DNA of 64,000 nucleotides from Rikenellaceae bacterium (GCA_044433505.1 JAWXTM010000002.1:7070-71069), one strand, 5' to 3'; positions 18,531-29,382 are shown, counted from the first letter of the stretch. The notes: a model not told the origin generated them from the letters alone. Made by a program: numbers and translations.

Positions 18531-18734
18531 GGGGACTTCTAAAAACTGACCCCAAGAAAAAAATATTTAATATAATGGATAGATAATAACAGGTTTTGTA
18601 TGCCACTAGGGCGATATTTTGGTTCTTTTTTCACCTTTTTACGGTCACTTAGCCCGCTAAGTTCCCATAAATGCGGCAAAAAATATCTCAAAATCTCATC
18701 CCAAAATCATACAAATCAGCTTTTAGAAGTCCCC
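18531..18734 (+). repeat. family-2 element, long copy
   Basis: Ends GGGGACTTCTAAAAACTGACCCC / AGCTTTTAGAAGTCCCC. Homologous along its length to the reverse complement of 47757-47959. Confidence 0.85.
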
Positions 18735-18776
18735 TATAACAGCATATAATTTAGTTTTAACGAAGAATATAAAAAA

Positions 18777-19919
18777 ATGAAATTTACTATTAGTAGCTCC
18801 ACCCTATCGTACAACCTCCAAGGTGCAGGTAAAGTAATTAACAACAAGAGTACTCTGCCTATTCTAGACTGCTTCCTCTTTTCAGTTGAAGGCAACGAAC
18901 TTAGAGTTACTGCCTCGGATGGCGAAACAACCCTTTCGAAGACTCTACCTATTGATAATCTGGAGTCTAGAGATGGCGTGGTGGCAATCCCTGCACGCCG
19001 CATACAAGACTCTATCAAAGAGTTTGCCGAACAACCCCTCACCATCTCAATAGATGAGGAGAATTGGGGAATTACCGTTGTGTGGAGTAGCGGTAAGCTA
19101 ACAATTCCTGGTATTACTGGTATTGCCTACCCTAAGGCGCAGAGCCTTAATGAGGAACAACTCACTTCATTTAGCATCACCTCTGGGCTGCTCAATAAGG
19201 GTATCACCTCGACCATCTTCGCTACGGCTGACGATAGCCTACGCCCAGTGATGAACGGTATCAATATAGCCCTTAGCCCAAGCGACATTACCTTTGTTGC
19301 AACTGATGCCCATCGCCTAGTGCGCTTTGTGGATAGTGAGGTTAGTGCCCAAGGCGTTAGCTCGTTTATTCTGCCTGCTAAACCTGCTCACCTGCTTCGC
19401 TCGCTGCTGCCAAAGGACGAGAGTGCTGAGGTTAGCGTGCAGTATGACCACAAAAACGTTATCTTTACTATGGACAAGGCAACCTTGGTGTGCCGCCTAA
19501 TCGAGGGTAACTTCCCGAACTACAATGCAGTAATTCCTAAGAATAATGATAATAACCTGAGCGTCGATAGGCTTGAACTACTATCAGCCCTTCGCCGTGT
19601 GTCGGTATGCTCGTCAGCCTCTAGCGGACTTGTGCACCTAGATCTTAACGACAATGTGCTAACCATCACTGCTCAAGACCTTGACTACGATACCTCGGCT
19701 ATGGATAGCATCCAGTGCGAGTACTCTGGCGACCCACTGAAAATTGGGTTTAAATCACCATTCCTACTCGATATTCTCAGCAACCTAGATTGCTCAGACA
19801 TCCTAGTGAAATTCTCGGACGCTTCTCGCCCAGGGCTATTTATGCCTGTAGAGAGTGATGAAAATGAATCGACCACCTCGGTGCTTATGCTACTAATGCC
19901 ACTTTTCCTTAACGCTTAA
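18777..19919 (+). CDS. dnaN: DNA polymerase III beta sliding clamp
   Basis: MKFTISSSTL...ILDCFLF..., a 380-aa three-domain clamp pattern, and a PLFLNA-type C-terminus. Confidence 0.88.
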   Translation: MKFTISSSTLSYNLQGAGKVINNKSTLPILDCFLFSVEGNELRVTASDGETTLSKTLPIDNLESRDGVVAIPARRIQDSIKEFAEQPLTISIDEENWGITVVWSSGKLTIPGITGIAYPKAQSLNEEQLTSFSITSGLLNKGITSTIFATADDSLRPVMNGINIALSPSDITFVATDAHRLVRFVDSEVSAQGVSSFILPAKPAHLLRSLLPKDESAEVSVQYDHKNVIFTMDKATLVCRLIEGNFPNYNAVIPKNNDNNLSVDRLELLSALRRVSVCSSASSGLVHLDLNDNVLTITAQDLDYDTSAMDSIQCEYSGDPLKIGFKSPFLLDILSNLDCSDILVKFSDASRPGLFMPVESDENESTTSVLMLLMPLFLNA

Positions 19920-20680
19920 TGGAACTAAAACTAGAACGCCCATTGGTCTTTTTTGACCTCGAAACAACTGGTACTGATACCGCAACGGATAGAATCGTAG
20001 AGATGAGCTTCATAAAGCTTCTGCCTTCGGGAGAGCGTGAGAGCCGTACCAAACGAGTTAACCCTACTATACCAATCCCTGTTGAGGCATCCAACGTACA
20101 CGGCATTTATGATAAAGATGTAGAGGGTGAGCCTGAGTTTTCACGCTTTGCACGCTCGCTCAAAGAGTGGTTAGAGGGGTGTGATTTGGCTGGATATAAC
20201 TCCAATAAGTTTGATGTTCCGCTCTTGGTGGAGGAATTCTTGCGGGCTGGTGTGGAGTTTGATATTAATGAGGTAAGACTCGTGGATGTACAAAACATCT
20301 TCTTTAAAAAAGAGCCTCGTACGCTTAGTGCGGCATACAAATTCTACTGCGGTCGTGAAATTGAAAACGCACATAGCGCAAAGGCCGATATTGAGGCAAC
20401 CTGCGATGTGCTGCTAGCCCAAATCGAAAAGTATGGGGATATTGGCACTACGGTCGAAGAGCTATCTTCATTCTCTACCATTGGAAATAATGTTGACCTT
20501 GCTGGGCGCATAGTTCGAAATGAGAGGGGCGAAATGGTCTTTAACTTTGGTAAGCACAAGGGTAAAAGAGTAGAGGATGTCTTTAGAAGTGAACCTTCGT
20601 TTTACTCGTGGATGATGGGGCGTGACTTCTCGCTCGACACCAAGCGAGTCATTGAAAAGATTAAGAATAATATGAAGTAA
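19919..20680 (+). CDS. DEDDh 3'-5' exonuclease (DnaQ/epsilon-like)
   Basis: Exo I FFDLETTG, Exo II YNSNKFDVPLL, Exo III HSAKADIEAT. Its start overlaps the dnaN stop (TAATG). Confidence 0.8.
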   Translation: MELKLERPLVFFDLETTGTDTATDRIVEMSFIKLLPSGERESRTKRVNPTIPIPVEASNVHGIYDKDVEGEPEFSRFARSLKEWLEGCDLAGYNSNKFDVPLLVEEFLRAGVEFDINEVRLVDVQNIFFKKEPRTLSAAYKFYCGREIENAHSAKADIEATCDVLLAQIEKYGDIGTTVEELSSFSTIGNNVDLAGRIVRNERGEMVFNFGKHKGKRVEDVFRSEPSFYSWMMGRDFSLDTKRVIEKIKNNMK

Positions 20681-22102
20681 ATGAAATATATCTTTATAAT
20701 ACTGTTTTTTATATGTACTCTAGGGGTAGGGAGCGCAGTAGCGCAAGAAAATGCCGATAGAGTAAAAATCTCGTCGACTATGACCGAGATTGATGGGGTG
20801 CGCTTTGCTGTGCACAGTGTGGCAAGGCGTGAAGATCTCCAAGATATTGCCGCTGCCTATGGCGTAAAGGCAAATGATATTGTGCGCTATAACCCTCAAG
20901 CAAGAGGGAAACTCAAATTCCGTTCTAGTCTGCTGATACCTATCTCTGCTATAGATGAACCAGATGATATTGACAGTACTACAATGGATGATACTGAGCT
21001 AGATCCTGCCGCACAGGACTCTCTATTGCTCGATGTGCTTTCTCGCAGCGTCTTTGAATTTGGGCTGGTGCGACAGCCAAATGCCAATGAACCTCTTGAA
21101 GTTAAGCTGCTATTGCCTTTTGGCATAGAAAATAGTAACGCAAAAAAGGGCTTTGTGGAGTTCTATAATGGTTTTTTACTAGGTTTACAGGAACTGGGTT
21201 CGGGTCTTAATCTAGAGGTAATCTCGACTAATCGCACAAGGGAGCGTGCCGAGGAAATAGTTCTCGATAGTATGCTCTATAACGCCAATGTTATTATCGG
21301 GCCCGTCTACGAAGAAGAAATGGCAGTGATTGCCCCTTATGCAGCTTGCCTACAGATACCCGTATTCTCACCCCTTGTAGCCTTTAGCGCAGAGCTTAAC
21401 CCCTACGTGGTGGAACTTGCCCCAAGCGTAGAGTATCAATGGGATGCCATCAAAGAACTAGTCGCCCAAGACAACGTAAATGTAATTGTCATTGAGCACC
21501 AAACCCAACAAAACAAGGCTGCAATGAGTGCCGTAGAAAGCTACCTTAACCCATTGAGCCATAGGGTAGCCTACGAAAATAAATTCACTAATGTAAAAAA
21601 TCTCTCAGAGCACCTCTCTCGCTCGCTGCCAAACCTAATCTTCTTGCCAGTGGATAGCGAGCTAGTGGTGGAGGAAATCCTTACTCGTTACAGCTCGCTC
21701 AATGCACAAGGACTCTACAACATAGCCTTTGTAGGAACTCCTCAATGGGCACGCTTCTCGAAGATTAATATGGAACTGTTCTATAAACTCAGTGTAAGCT
21801 ACCCAGCATCATACCACTACGATAGAATGATGAGCCCTGCCTCTGAGGTATTTAGCCGCTATGTGACAAAACACAGCCTAGTGCCAACGCTCTTTTCGAT
21901 GCGTGGCTACGATGCAGCTAAAATCGCTGTAGGGGAATTGCTCGATACCGCAGATAAACTATTATACTCCATTACAACCAATGTCACACAACCTATCCAA
22001 ACCCCCTATGACTTTGAGCTAATGGACAACTCCTCTAAAATAGAAAATACTAAATGGCCATTGGTGCAATATAAACCTAACTTTACCATAGAAGTGCGAT
22101 GA
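20681..22102 (+). CDS. secreted LysM-domain protein fused to a periplasmic-binding-protein-like domain
   Basis: Signal peptide. LysM-like segment ([28 protein letters not shown]). The C-terminal ~350 aa resemble type-1 periplasmic binding proteins. Confidence 0.6.
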   Translation: MKYIFIILFFICTLGVGSAVAQENADRVKISSTMTEIDGVRFAVHSVARREDLQDIAAAYGVKANDIVRYNPQARGKLKFRSSLLIPISAIDEPDDIDSTTMDDTELDPAAQDSLLLDVLSRSVFEFGLVRQPNANEPLEVKLLLPFGIENSNAKKGFVEFYNGFLLGLQELGSGLNLEVISTNRTRERAEEIVLDSMLYNANVIIGPVYEEEMAVIAPYAACLQIPVFSPLVAFSAELNPYVVELAPSVEYQWDAIKELVAQDNVNVIVIEHQTQQNKAAMSAVESYLNPLSHRVAYENKFTNVKNLSEHLSRSLPNLIFLPVDSELVVEEILTRYSSLNAQGLYNIAFVGTPQWARFSKINMELFYKLSVSYPASYHYDRMMSPASEVFSRYVTKHSLVPTLFSMRGYDAAKIAVGELLDTADKLLYSITTNVTQPIQTPYDFELMDNSSKIENTKWPLVQYKPNFTIEVR

Positions 22103-23109
22103 GCGAAATACGCAAAATAGAAAAAGTGCGGGACGAAGAACTTGACCAACAAATCAGACCCTCGGAACTAGCACACTTCTCGGGACAAGATAAAATAGTA
22201 GAGAATCTACGCATCTTTATCAAAGCCGCCATTATGCGTGATGAAGCCCTAGACCATACACTGTTGCACGGCCCCCCAGGACTCGGTAAAACTACGCTTG
22301 CCAATATCATTGCATCGGAGCTAGGTGTGCAACTTAAACTCACCTCAGGGCCAGTGCTCGATAAACCTGGTGATCTGGCTGGGCTACTCACCTCACTCAA
22401 TGAGGGGGACGTGCTCTTTATTGACGAGATTCACCGCCTTAGCCCAATCGTTGAGGAGTATCTGTACTCTGCAATGGAGGACTATGTGATTGATATTATG
22501 TTGGATAAGGGTGCTGCGGCACGCTCCGTACAGATTAAATTGAAACCCTTTACGTTGGTGGGAGCAACTACTCGTAGTGGGCTACTGACATCGCCACTTA
22601 GGGCACGCTTTGGTATTCAGTGCCATTTGGAGTACTATGATAGTGTAACGCTTCAGGGGATTGTGACCCGTTCGTCGGGGATATTGGGTATAGATATTGT
22701 GGCAAGTGCAGCCCAGGAGATTGCACGTCGTTCACGTGGTACGCCACGTATCGCCAATGCGTTGTTGCGCAGGGTACGTGATTTTGCTATGGTTGAGGGT
22801 ACAGGTATTATTGACTTGGCTATTACTCGTCGAGCTTTGGAGGCACTAAATATTGATAAGTGTGGACTAGACCAGATGGATAATAAGATACTTCGTGCTC
22901 TTATCGAGAAGTTTGGAGGGGGGCCAGCTGGCATTACCACTATTGCTACGGCAGTGGAGGAGGATGCGGGTACTGTAGAGGAGGTCTATGAGCCATTTTT
23001 GATAAAGGAGGGTTTTTTGAAGCGTACTCCTCGTGGTCGTGAGGCAACGGACAAGGCTTACGAGCATATTGGGATGAGCCGAGGTGTTGTCGAGGGTTCG
23101 TTGTTTTAG
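22099..23109 (+). CDS. ruvB: Holliday junction branch migration helicase RuvB
   Basis: [37 protein letters not shown] start/stop overlap with the upstream gene. Confidence 0.95.
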   Translation: MSEIRKIEKVRDEELDQQIRPSELAHFSGQDKIVENLRIFIKAAIMRDEALDHTLLHGPPGLGKTTLANIIASELGVQLKLTSGPVLDKPGDLAGLLTSLNEGDVLFIDEIHRLSPIVEEYLYSAMEDYVIDIMLDKGAAARSVQIKLKPFTLVGATTRSGLLTSPLRARFGIQCHLEYYDSVTLQGIVTRSSGILGIDIVASAAQEIARRSRGTPRIANALLRRVRDFAMVEGTGIIDLAITRRALEALNIDKCGLDQMDNKILRALIEKFGGGPAGITTIATAVEEDAGTVEEVYEPFLIKEGFLKRTPRGREATDKAYEHIGMSRGVVEGSLF

Positions 23110-23341
23110 TTTGCCATAGCTTGTATTATTACGAACTAAGTCAAGAAAGTTTTTTGGGTGCCGCTGGGCACACCAGATGTTTTAGTTTGTTAGTGCTTGT
23201 ATTGTAGCAAACTAAATAATGAAAGTTTTTTGGTTCTTTTGTTCACAAAAGAACCAAAAAACTTTCTTGATTTAGTCTGTAATACTACAAGCTCATAAAA
23301 GAATCAATGACCCCAGAAGCACTAGGGGCACTGTGTTATAA
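23104..23341. repeat. family-1 nested palindromic element
   Basis: Two left arms (23113-23155 and 23191-23230), a central perfect hairpin GGTTCTTTTG-TTCA-CAAAAGAACC, and one right arm TTTAGTCTGTAATACTACAAGCT. Lies between the convergent ruvB and dnaX genes. Confidence 0.85.
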
Positions 23342-23366
23342 TCTACTGACTCAAACTCTGCTGCAA

Positions 23367-25076
23367 CTAAAGAGTTAAATCGAGAGCCTCACGCAGCTCC
23401 AAAACACTACTGTTCTTTGCGGCTAGGCGTTCGAGCTTCTGCTGAATCGTAACAGGCTTATCGACAACAACCTCCTCGACAACAACTATCTCAAGTGGCA
23501 ACTTAAAACCAAAAAGAGCCAGCATATCACGATCAATATCAACCATAGAACGCTCTATCTCGCTCTGCATCAGCTCATTCGGCACACTCAAAACAATCTT
23601 GCTATCCTCAATGCGTGCACTGCTCAAAGCCAAAGCTGTACGAGGCTTCTGGCGACTCTCCCATAGCGCAATCAGCTCTGAAAAACGACTATGAAGTATT
23701 GCTACACCCTCGCTATGCGATAGCTGTGGAACTTCTGCCTTAACCTCTTTTGGAGTTACATCAGGGCTTTTTTTTTGAACGCTATTTATTGAAAATCCAA
23801 GTGAAGGGGTAGCAGGTGTAACTGGCTGTGGTGCAGGTGTTGGAGCAGGTGCAGGTTGTGGCACTGGCACTGCAACTGGTTGTGGAGCTGGTTGGGGTGC
23901 AACTGGCTGTGGTGCTGCGCCCTCTACTACTTTGGGTAGTGGAGTGGCTGCCACTCTTGGTGCACTAACATCTGTGGCAACAAGTCCTGCAAGCTTCATC
24001 AATACCAGCTCGACGTGCAGCCTACGTGAGGATGCCACCTTATAGCCTGCCTCAGCCACCGACACTAGATTAATCGCCGAAAAAAGCACTCCCACATCAC
24101 AACCCTGAGCCACACTGCGATAGCTCTCTGCCACGTTGCCCGACATTTCCAGTAGCGAGAAGGTTTGAGGATTTCTAGCCACCAACAGATTGCGCAGGTG
24201 ATTACCCAGACCGCTAAGGAAGTGATTGCCATCAAATCCACCGCTAAGAATCCTATTATAGAGCAGTAGCATTCCCCCGAAATCCCCACGTGATGCCATT
24301 TCCATCACCGAGAAGTAGCTCTTAAAGTCCAGCACGCCGAGCGACTCTGCCACCTCGCTAAAGCGAAGTTCCCGACCACAAAACGACACCACCCTATCAA
24401 AGGTTGAGAGCGCATCACGCATCCCCCCATCAGCCCTTTGGGCAATGATATGTAGCGATTCATCGTCGCTAGCAACACCCTCGCACTCTGCAATATAGCG
24501 CAAGTACTCGACTATATCTTCGACCCTAATACGGTTAAAGTCATAGATTTGGCAGCGAGAGAGAATGGTTGGCAATATCTTGTGTTTTTCGGTAGTAGCC
24601 AGTACAAAGATAGCGTGAGCAGGTGGTTCTTCAAGGGTCTTTAGAAAGGCATTGAAGGCGGCAGACGAGAGCATATGCACCTCATCAATAATATAGACGC
24701 TATACCTACCAATCTGTGGTGCAACACGCACCTTGTCGTTAAGCGAGCGAATATCCTCCACACTATTATTACTTGCGGCATCCATCTCGTGGATATTAAA
24801 GCTCCTATCGGCAGCAAATGCCACGCAGCTTTCGCACTCACCACACGCCTCTCTTTCGGGCGTTGGGTTCAAGCAATTTATCGCCTTTGCAAAGATGCGA
24901 GCGCACGTAGTCTTACCCACCCCACGAGGCCCTGTAAAGAGGTATGCGTGAGCTAAGTGTCCCTCGCTAATTGCATTTTGGAGGGTTTGGGTAATATGCC
25001 TCTGCCCCACCACGCTGCGGAAGGATAGGGGGCGATACTTACGTGCCGATACGATAAATTCCTTGTTCTCAGTCAT
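23367..25076 (-). CDS. dnaX: DNA polymerase III subunit tau/gamma
   Basis: GPRGVGKTT, a zinc module CGECESC, DEVHML, SRCQ, a Pro-rich linker and then a C-terminal domain. Contains an A9 run at codons 434-437 (see findings). Confidence 0.92.
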   Translation of the reverse strand: MTENKEFIVSARKYRPLSFRSVVGQRHITQTLQNAISEGHLAHAYLFTGPRGVGKTTCARIFAKAINCLNPTPEREACGECESCVAFAADRSFNIHEMDAASNNSVEDIRSLNDKVRVAPQIGRYSVYIIDEVHMLSSAAFNAFLKTLEEPPAHAIFVLATTEKHKILPTILSRCQIYDFNRIRVEDIVEYLRYIAECEGVASDDESLHIIAQRADGGMRDALSTFDRVVSFCGRELRFSEVAESLGVLDFKSYFSVMEMASRGDFGGMLLLYNRILSGGFDGNHFLSGLGNHLRNLLVARNPQTFSLLEMSGNVAESYRSVAQGCDVGVLFSAINLVSVAEAGYKVASSRRLHVELVLMKLAGLVATDVSAPRVAATPLPKVVEGAAPQPVAPQPAPQPVAVPVPQPAPAPTPAPQPVTPATPSLGFSINSVQKKSPDVTPKEVKAEVPQLSHSEGVAILHSRFSELIALWESRQKPRTALALSSARIEDSKIVLSVPNELMQSEIERSMVDIDRDMLALFGFKLPLEIVVVEEVVVDKPVTIQQKLERLAAKNSSVLELREALDLTL

Positions 25077-25093
25077 TTTTTATTAGAAATTCT

Positions 25094-28000
25094 CTATGAT
25101 TGTTTAGAAATTGCTATTGTAAGTTTAATTTCGTCGATTTCGATTTCAGTTCCATTCACATCAGGGGATATGCACACTGAGCTAGAGAGAGTTTGCTGAG
25201 CAATATATTCACTAAAGTTCACTACGGCTTTGTCCGTAAGGTCACAAGAGCTAATATTCAGAGCAATTCGATCGGTTACTTCTAGTCCGCTATCCTTTCT
25301 GAGGTTTTGCACACGGTTAACGATTTCACGAGCAATGCCCTCTTCCTTTAGCTGATCGGTTAGGGTAACGTCCAGAGCAACGGTGAGTTGTCCTTCGCTA
25401 GCCACTAGCCATCCTGGCATATCTTCCGAAGAGATTTCCACATCTTCACGTTGTAGGGTGATGGCAGTTTCACCAAGCGATAGTGCATACTCTCCACTAC
25501 TTTCTAGTTCAGCGATTTGTTCTTGGCTCAAAGAGCTAACGGCAGCCGCAATACTCTTCATCTGCGCACCATACTTTTTGCCCAATACAGGGAAAATTGG
25601 CTTAATGCGCTTAGTTATCACGCCAGTAGTATCGGTAATATACTCAACCTCCTTAACATTTACTTCGCTGAGAATCAAGTCCTCGACAGCACTAATTTGC
25701 GCTTGAAGCTCTGGGTTAAGTACAGGAATAATCATCTTCGAGAGTGGTTGGCGCACTTTTATTGAGACCTTACGGCGCAGAGCCAGTACCATTGATGTAG
25801 CACGTTGGGCAAGTGCCATACGAGCCTCTAGTTCCTTATCAATCTTAGCTTCGTCTGCCACTGGGAACTCACTCAGGTGAATAGAACCGTTGCCACCCAT
25901 ATCTCCAAAGAGCTGCTCTGTGATAAATGGTGCAATAGGTGAAGCTAGTTTAGCAACTGTTATAAGGCACTCGCTAAGGGTTTGATATGCCGAGAGTTTA
26001 TCTTGTGTCATCTCGCCACCCCAGAATCTCTTACGGTTCAATCTAACGTACCAATTCGAGAGGTTTTCCCCCACGAAGTCTTGGATTTCACGTGCCACAG
26101 GGGTTGGGTCATACCCTTCGTAGCACTCCGTAACTCTCTTAACCAGAGTATTTAGTAGTGAAATAATCCACTTATCAATTTCTGCACGTTTTTGCAAAGG
26201 TACTATTTCCTCCTCACCGCTAAAGCCATCCACGCCAGCGTAGAGAGCAAAGAATGAGTAGGTATTAAAGAGCGTTCCGAAGAATTTGCGGCGCACTTCA
26301 TCCACCCCATCAGCATCGTACTTTAGGTTATCCCAAGGTTGAGAATTGCTAATCATATACCACCTTACAGCATCAGCACCGTAGGTTTCAAGTGCCTCGA
26401 ATGGGTCAACACCATTACCAAGACGCTTGCTCATCTTATTGCCATTCTTATCTAGCACGATACCGTTCGAGATGATATTTTTGAATGCCACGCTATCAAA
26501 CAACATTACCGAAAGTGCGTGAAGCGTAAAGAACCATCCACGAGTTTGGTCAACGCCCTCTGCAATAAAGTCCGCTGGGAAGTTTGGTGGGCAATTCTCG
26601 CCACCCGTTGCCCCCATATAGTGCTGCTGTGCGTAAGGCATAGCACCGCTATCGAACCACACATCAATCAGGTCGCTCTCTCTACGCATTGGTTTACCGC
26701 TCTCTGACACCAAAATCACATCGTCAACATAAGGACGGTGAAGGTCTTTTATCTCAAAGTCAGCCGTGAGTAGCCCTGCTGCCTTACTCTTTTCGATTTC
26801 AGAGGCGAGTTGCTCACGGCTACCGATACAGATCATCTCCTCTCTATCTTCCGTAGCCCAAATCGGTAGAGGTGTTCCCCAATACCTTGAGCGTGAAAGA
26901 TTCCAATCCACCAAGTTTTCTAGCCACTTACCAAAGCGACCGCTACCAGTCGAGGCTGGTCGCCAATTAATTGTATTATTTAGTTCAATGAGTCTATCTT
27001 TAACCGCTGTGGTGCGAATAAACCACGAGTCCAATGGATAGTAAAGCACTGGTTTGTCAGTTCTCCAGCAGTGTGGGTAGCTGTGGGTATGCTTTTCAAT
27101 CTTAAATGCAAGCCCAGCAGCTTTCAACCACATACATATCTCCACATCGAGGCTTTCGTCCTTGTCAGTTTTGGTTGCATCATAAGCATTTTTAACGTAC
27201 TTCTCTGCCCATTCTTTATATTCTTCTGTCACATATCCCGAAACATACTCTGCGTCCAACTCCCCAATGCTAAAGAACTTACCGCTCTTATCGACCATTG
27301 GGTTTTCCTTGCCTGCCTTATCAAGCAACATAAGTGGAGCTATACCATTCTGCGTTGCAACCCTCTGGTCATCAGCACCAAAAGTAGGGGCAATGTGCAC
27401 AATACCTGTACCATCCTCGGTGGTCACAAAGTCACCACAAATAACTCTAAAGGCATCAAGTCCACCTTCAGTTACTGGCTTAATCCAAGGCAATAACTGT
27501 TCGTAGCGCATTCCCGCAAGCTCACTGCCCTTAAATCTTTCGACCACAGTGTACTCATTCTTGCCCATTACCTTTTCTAGGAGTGGTTCACCAAGAATAA
27601 CCGTCACATCCTCTTTGGTGTAAGGGTTAGTAGTCTTAACCTTAACATAAGTGATTCCCGACCCCACTGCCAGAGCAGTGTTGCTAGGAAGCGTCCACGG
27701 GGTAGTAGTCCAAGCCAAGAAGTAAGCATCCTGTCCCACAACCTTAAACTGCGCAACGCAGGTAGTATCCTTAGTGTCACGATAGCACCCTGGTTGGTTC
27801 AACTCGTGGTTCGAAAGCCCAGTACCTGCCGCAGGTGAGTATGGCTGAATAGTGTAACCTTTATACAAAAGTCCCTTCTTATATAGTTCACTAAGTAAGT
27901 GCCATAGGGTTTCGATATAGTCATTCTCGTAGGTGATATAAGGGTTATCCATATCCACCCAATAACCCATCTTCTCGGTCAGCGAACGCCACTCTTTGGT

Positions 28001-28387
28001 ATATTTCATTACCTCCTCACGGCACTCCCTATTGTAATCATCAATAGAAATCTTAGTACCAATATCCTCTTTGGTAATGCCAAGTTTCTTTTCGACACCA
28101 AGCTCTACTGGCAGACCGTGAGTATCCCAGCCAGCCTTGCGCTCCACTTTAAAGCCTTGAAGAGTCTTGTAGCGACAAAAAACATCCTTAATGGTACGTG
28201 CCATAACGTGGTGAATACCTGGTGTGCCATTTGCCGAGGGAGGGCCTTCAAAGAAGACAAAGCTAGGTGAATCGCTCGTGCGACCCTTTATAGACTCAGC
28301 AAAAGTGCCCTCTGCTTTCCACTTCTCTAATATTTCGTCGGCTATTTTTGGTAGCGATAGCCCACCGCTATACTGTTTAAATTTCAT
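25094..28387 (-). CDS. ileS: isoleucyl-tRNA synthetase
   Basis: 1097-aa class I aaRS with a HIGH-type region (GIHHV), KMSKRLGNG and an editing domain. Confidence 0.95.
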   Translation of the reverse strand: MKFKQYSGGLSLPKIADEILEKWKAEGTFAESIKGRTSDSPSFVFFEGPPSANGTPGIHHVMARTIKDVFCRYKTLQGFKVERKAGWDTHGLPVELGVEKKLGITKEDIGTKISIDDYNRECREEVMKYTKEWRSLTEKMGYWVDMDNPYITYENDYIETLWHLLSELYKKGLLYKGYTIQPYSPAAGTGLSNHELNQPGCYRDTKDTTCVAQFKVVGQDAYFLAWTTTPWTLPSNTALAVGSGITYVKVKTTNPYTKEDVTVILGEPLLEKVMGKNEYTVVERFKGSELAGMRYEQLLPWIKPVTEGGLDAFRVICGDFVTTEDGTGIVHIAPTFGADDQRVATQNGIAPLMLLDKAGKENPMVDKSGKFFSIGELDAEYVSGYVTEEYKEWAEKYVKNAYDATKTDKDESLDVEICMWLKAAGLAFKIEKHTHSYPHCWRTDKPVLYYPLDSWFIRTTAVKDRLIELNNTINWRPASTGSGRFGKWLENLVDWNLSRSRYWGTPLPIWATEDREEMICIGSREQLASEIEKSKAAGLLTADFEIKDLHRPYVDDVILVSESGKPMRRESDLIDVWFDSGAMPYAQQHYMGATGGENCPPNFPADFIAEGVDQTRGWFFTLHALSVMLFDSVAFKNIISNGIVLDKNGNKMSKRLGNGVDPFEALETYGADAVRWYMISNSQPWDNLKYDADGVDEVRRKFFGTLFNTYSFFALYAGVDGFSGEEEIVPLQKRAEIDKWIISLLNTLVKRVTECYEGYDPTPVAREIQDFVGENLSNWYVRLNRKRFWGGEMTQDKLSAYQTLSECLITVAKLASPIAPFITEQLFGDMGGNGSIHLSEFPVADEAKIDKELEARMALAQRATSMVLALRRKVSIKVRQPLSKMIIPVLNPELQAQISAVEDLILSEVNVKEVEYITDTTGVITKRIKPIFPVLGKKYGAQMKSIAAAVSSLSQEQIAELESSGEYALSLGETAITLQREDVEISSEDMPGWLVASEGQLTVALDVTLTDQLKEEGIAREIVNRVQNLRKDSGLEVTDRIALNISSCDLTDKAVVNFSEYIAQQTLSSSVCISPDVNGTEIEIDEIKLTIAISKQS

Positions 28388-28395
28388 AGTATTAC

Positions 28396-29373
28396 TTATT
28401 TATAAAAATTCTTTTCTACATTTTTAGTTGCACCCATCACTCCCCACATAAAACCAACACCATACCCCCACAGCTGCACAAAGGATGCTACCAGACTCAA
28501 TATCCCAATCTCAATACCCCCATTGCGCACCGAACTATCTAGGGTTATCATCGCTGCCCATAGCCCCAAAAGACTCCACGCCCACGGTGTAAAGGCCGCT
28601 CCTACTACCGTTGCTACAACAAACCACACAAAACACATAGGGAATAGATGCACTATCTTTAGTGACCCTCTATGTCTTTTGCTCAGCCATACTCGTGCAA
28701 CGCCCGAAGCCCTCACCTGACGGTAAAACTTCCTGAAATCCACTCTACGCTTATGGTACACCCACGCCTCTGGTAGCAAAACTGTGCGTGCCCCAGCCTG
28801 CATTAACCTAATGCTAAGGTCAATATCCTCGCCAAAGCGCATAGCCGAAAATCCCCCCACCTTCAAGAATAACTCCCTTTTCATCCCCATATTAAAGCTC
28901 CTTGGGTGGAACTTTTCCGCACTCTTCTTCTTGCCACGAATACCCCCAGTAGTGAGCATCGAGGTCATCGAGTAGTTAATAGCCTTCTGCACTGGCGTAA
29001 AATCCGCACTCGCCCTATCAGCACCGCCCCAAGCATCTATATCACCCCTCTTTACGCCTCTATCCACAGCCTCTAGCCAACCCTCTGGCATCACAGTATC
29101 TGAGTCCAAAAATATCAGCCATTCACCCTGTGAATGCTCCACCCCAAAGTTACGTGCAAGGGCTGGGCCCTCATTCTCCTTGGTCAGATATTTTATGGTC
29201 AATCTCTCTGAGTATAGCTCTATAACCTGCTGGCTACTAATAGTCGAGCCATCCTCAACAACAACCACTTCGGCGAGTCCATCCAGCGGTAAGCTCTGGT
29301 GTACAAGGCTCTCTAGAAGCTCAGAAATCTCGCTTGGGCGATTAAAAAGCGGTATGACTATGGAGTAACGCAT
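28396..29373 (-). CDS. family 2 glycosyltransferase with C-terminal TM helices
   Basis: MRYSIVIPLFNRP, VVVVEDGS, LDSDTV (DxD). I prefer the ATG at 29373; the upstream extension would overlap the divergent promoter. Confidence 0.75.
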   Translation of the reverse strand: MRYSIVIPLFNRPSEISELLESLVHQSLPLDGLAEVVVVEDGSTISSQQVIELYSERLTIKYLTKENEGPALARNFGVEHSQGEWLIFLDSDTVMPEGWLEAVDRGVKRGDIDAWGGADRASADFTPVQKAINYSMTSMLTTGGIRGKKKSAEKFHPRSFNMGMKRELFLKVGGFSAMRFGEDIDLSIRLMQAGARTVLLPEAWVYHKRRVDFRKFYRQVRASGVARVWLSKRHRGSLKIVHLFPMCFVWFVVATVVGAAFTPWAWSLLGLWAAMITLDSSVRNGGIEIGILSLVASFVQLWGYGVGFMWGVMGATKNVEKNFYK

Positions 29374-29382
29374 ATTTTTTAT

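Noticed and set aside
18474-18777. A possible replication origin next to dnaN.
   Set aside because: There is no cluster of DnaA boxes (TTATCCACA-like), no dnaA gene and no obvious AT-rich unwinding element. The gap is filled by the family-2 element.
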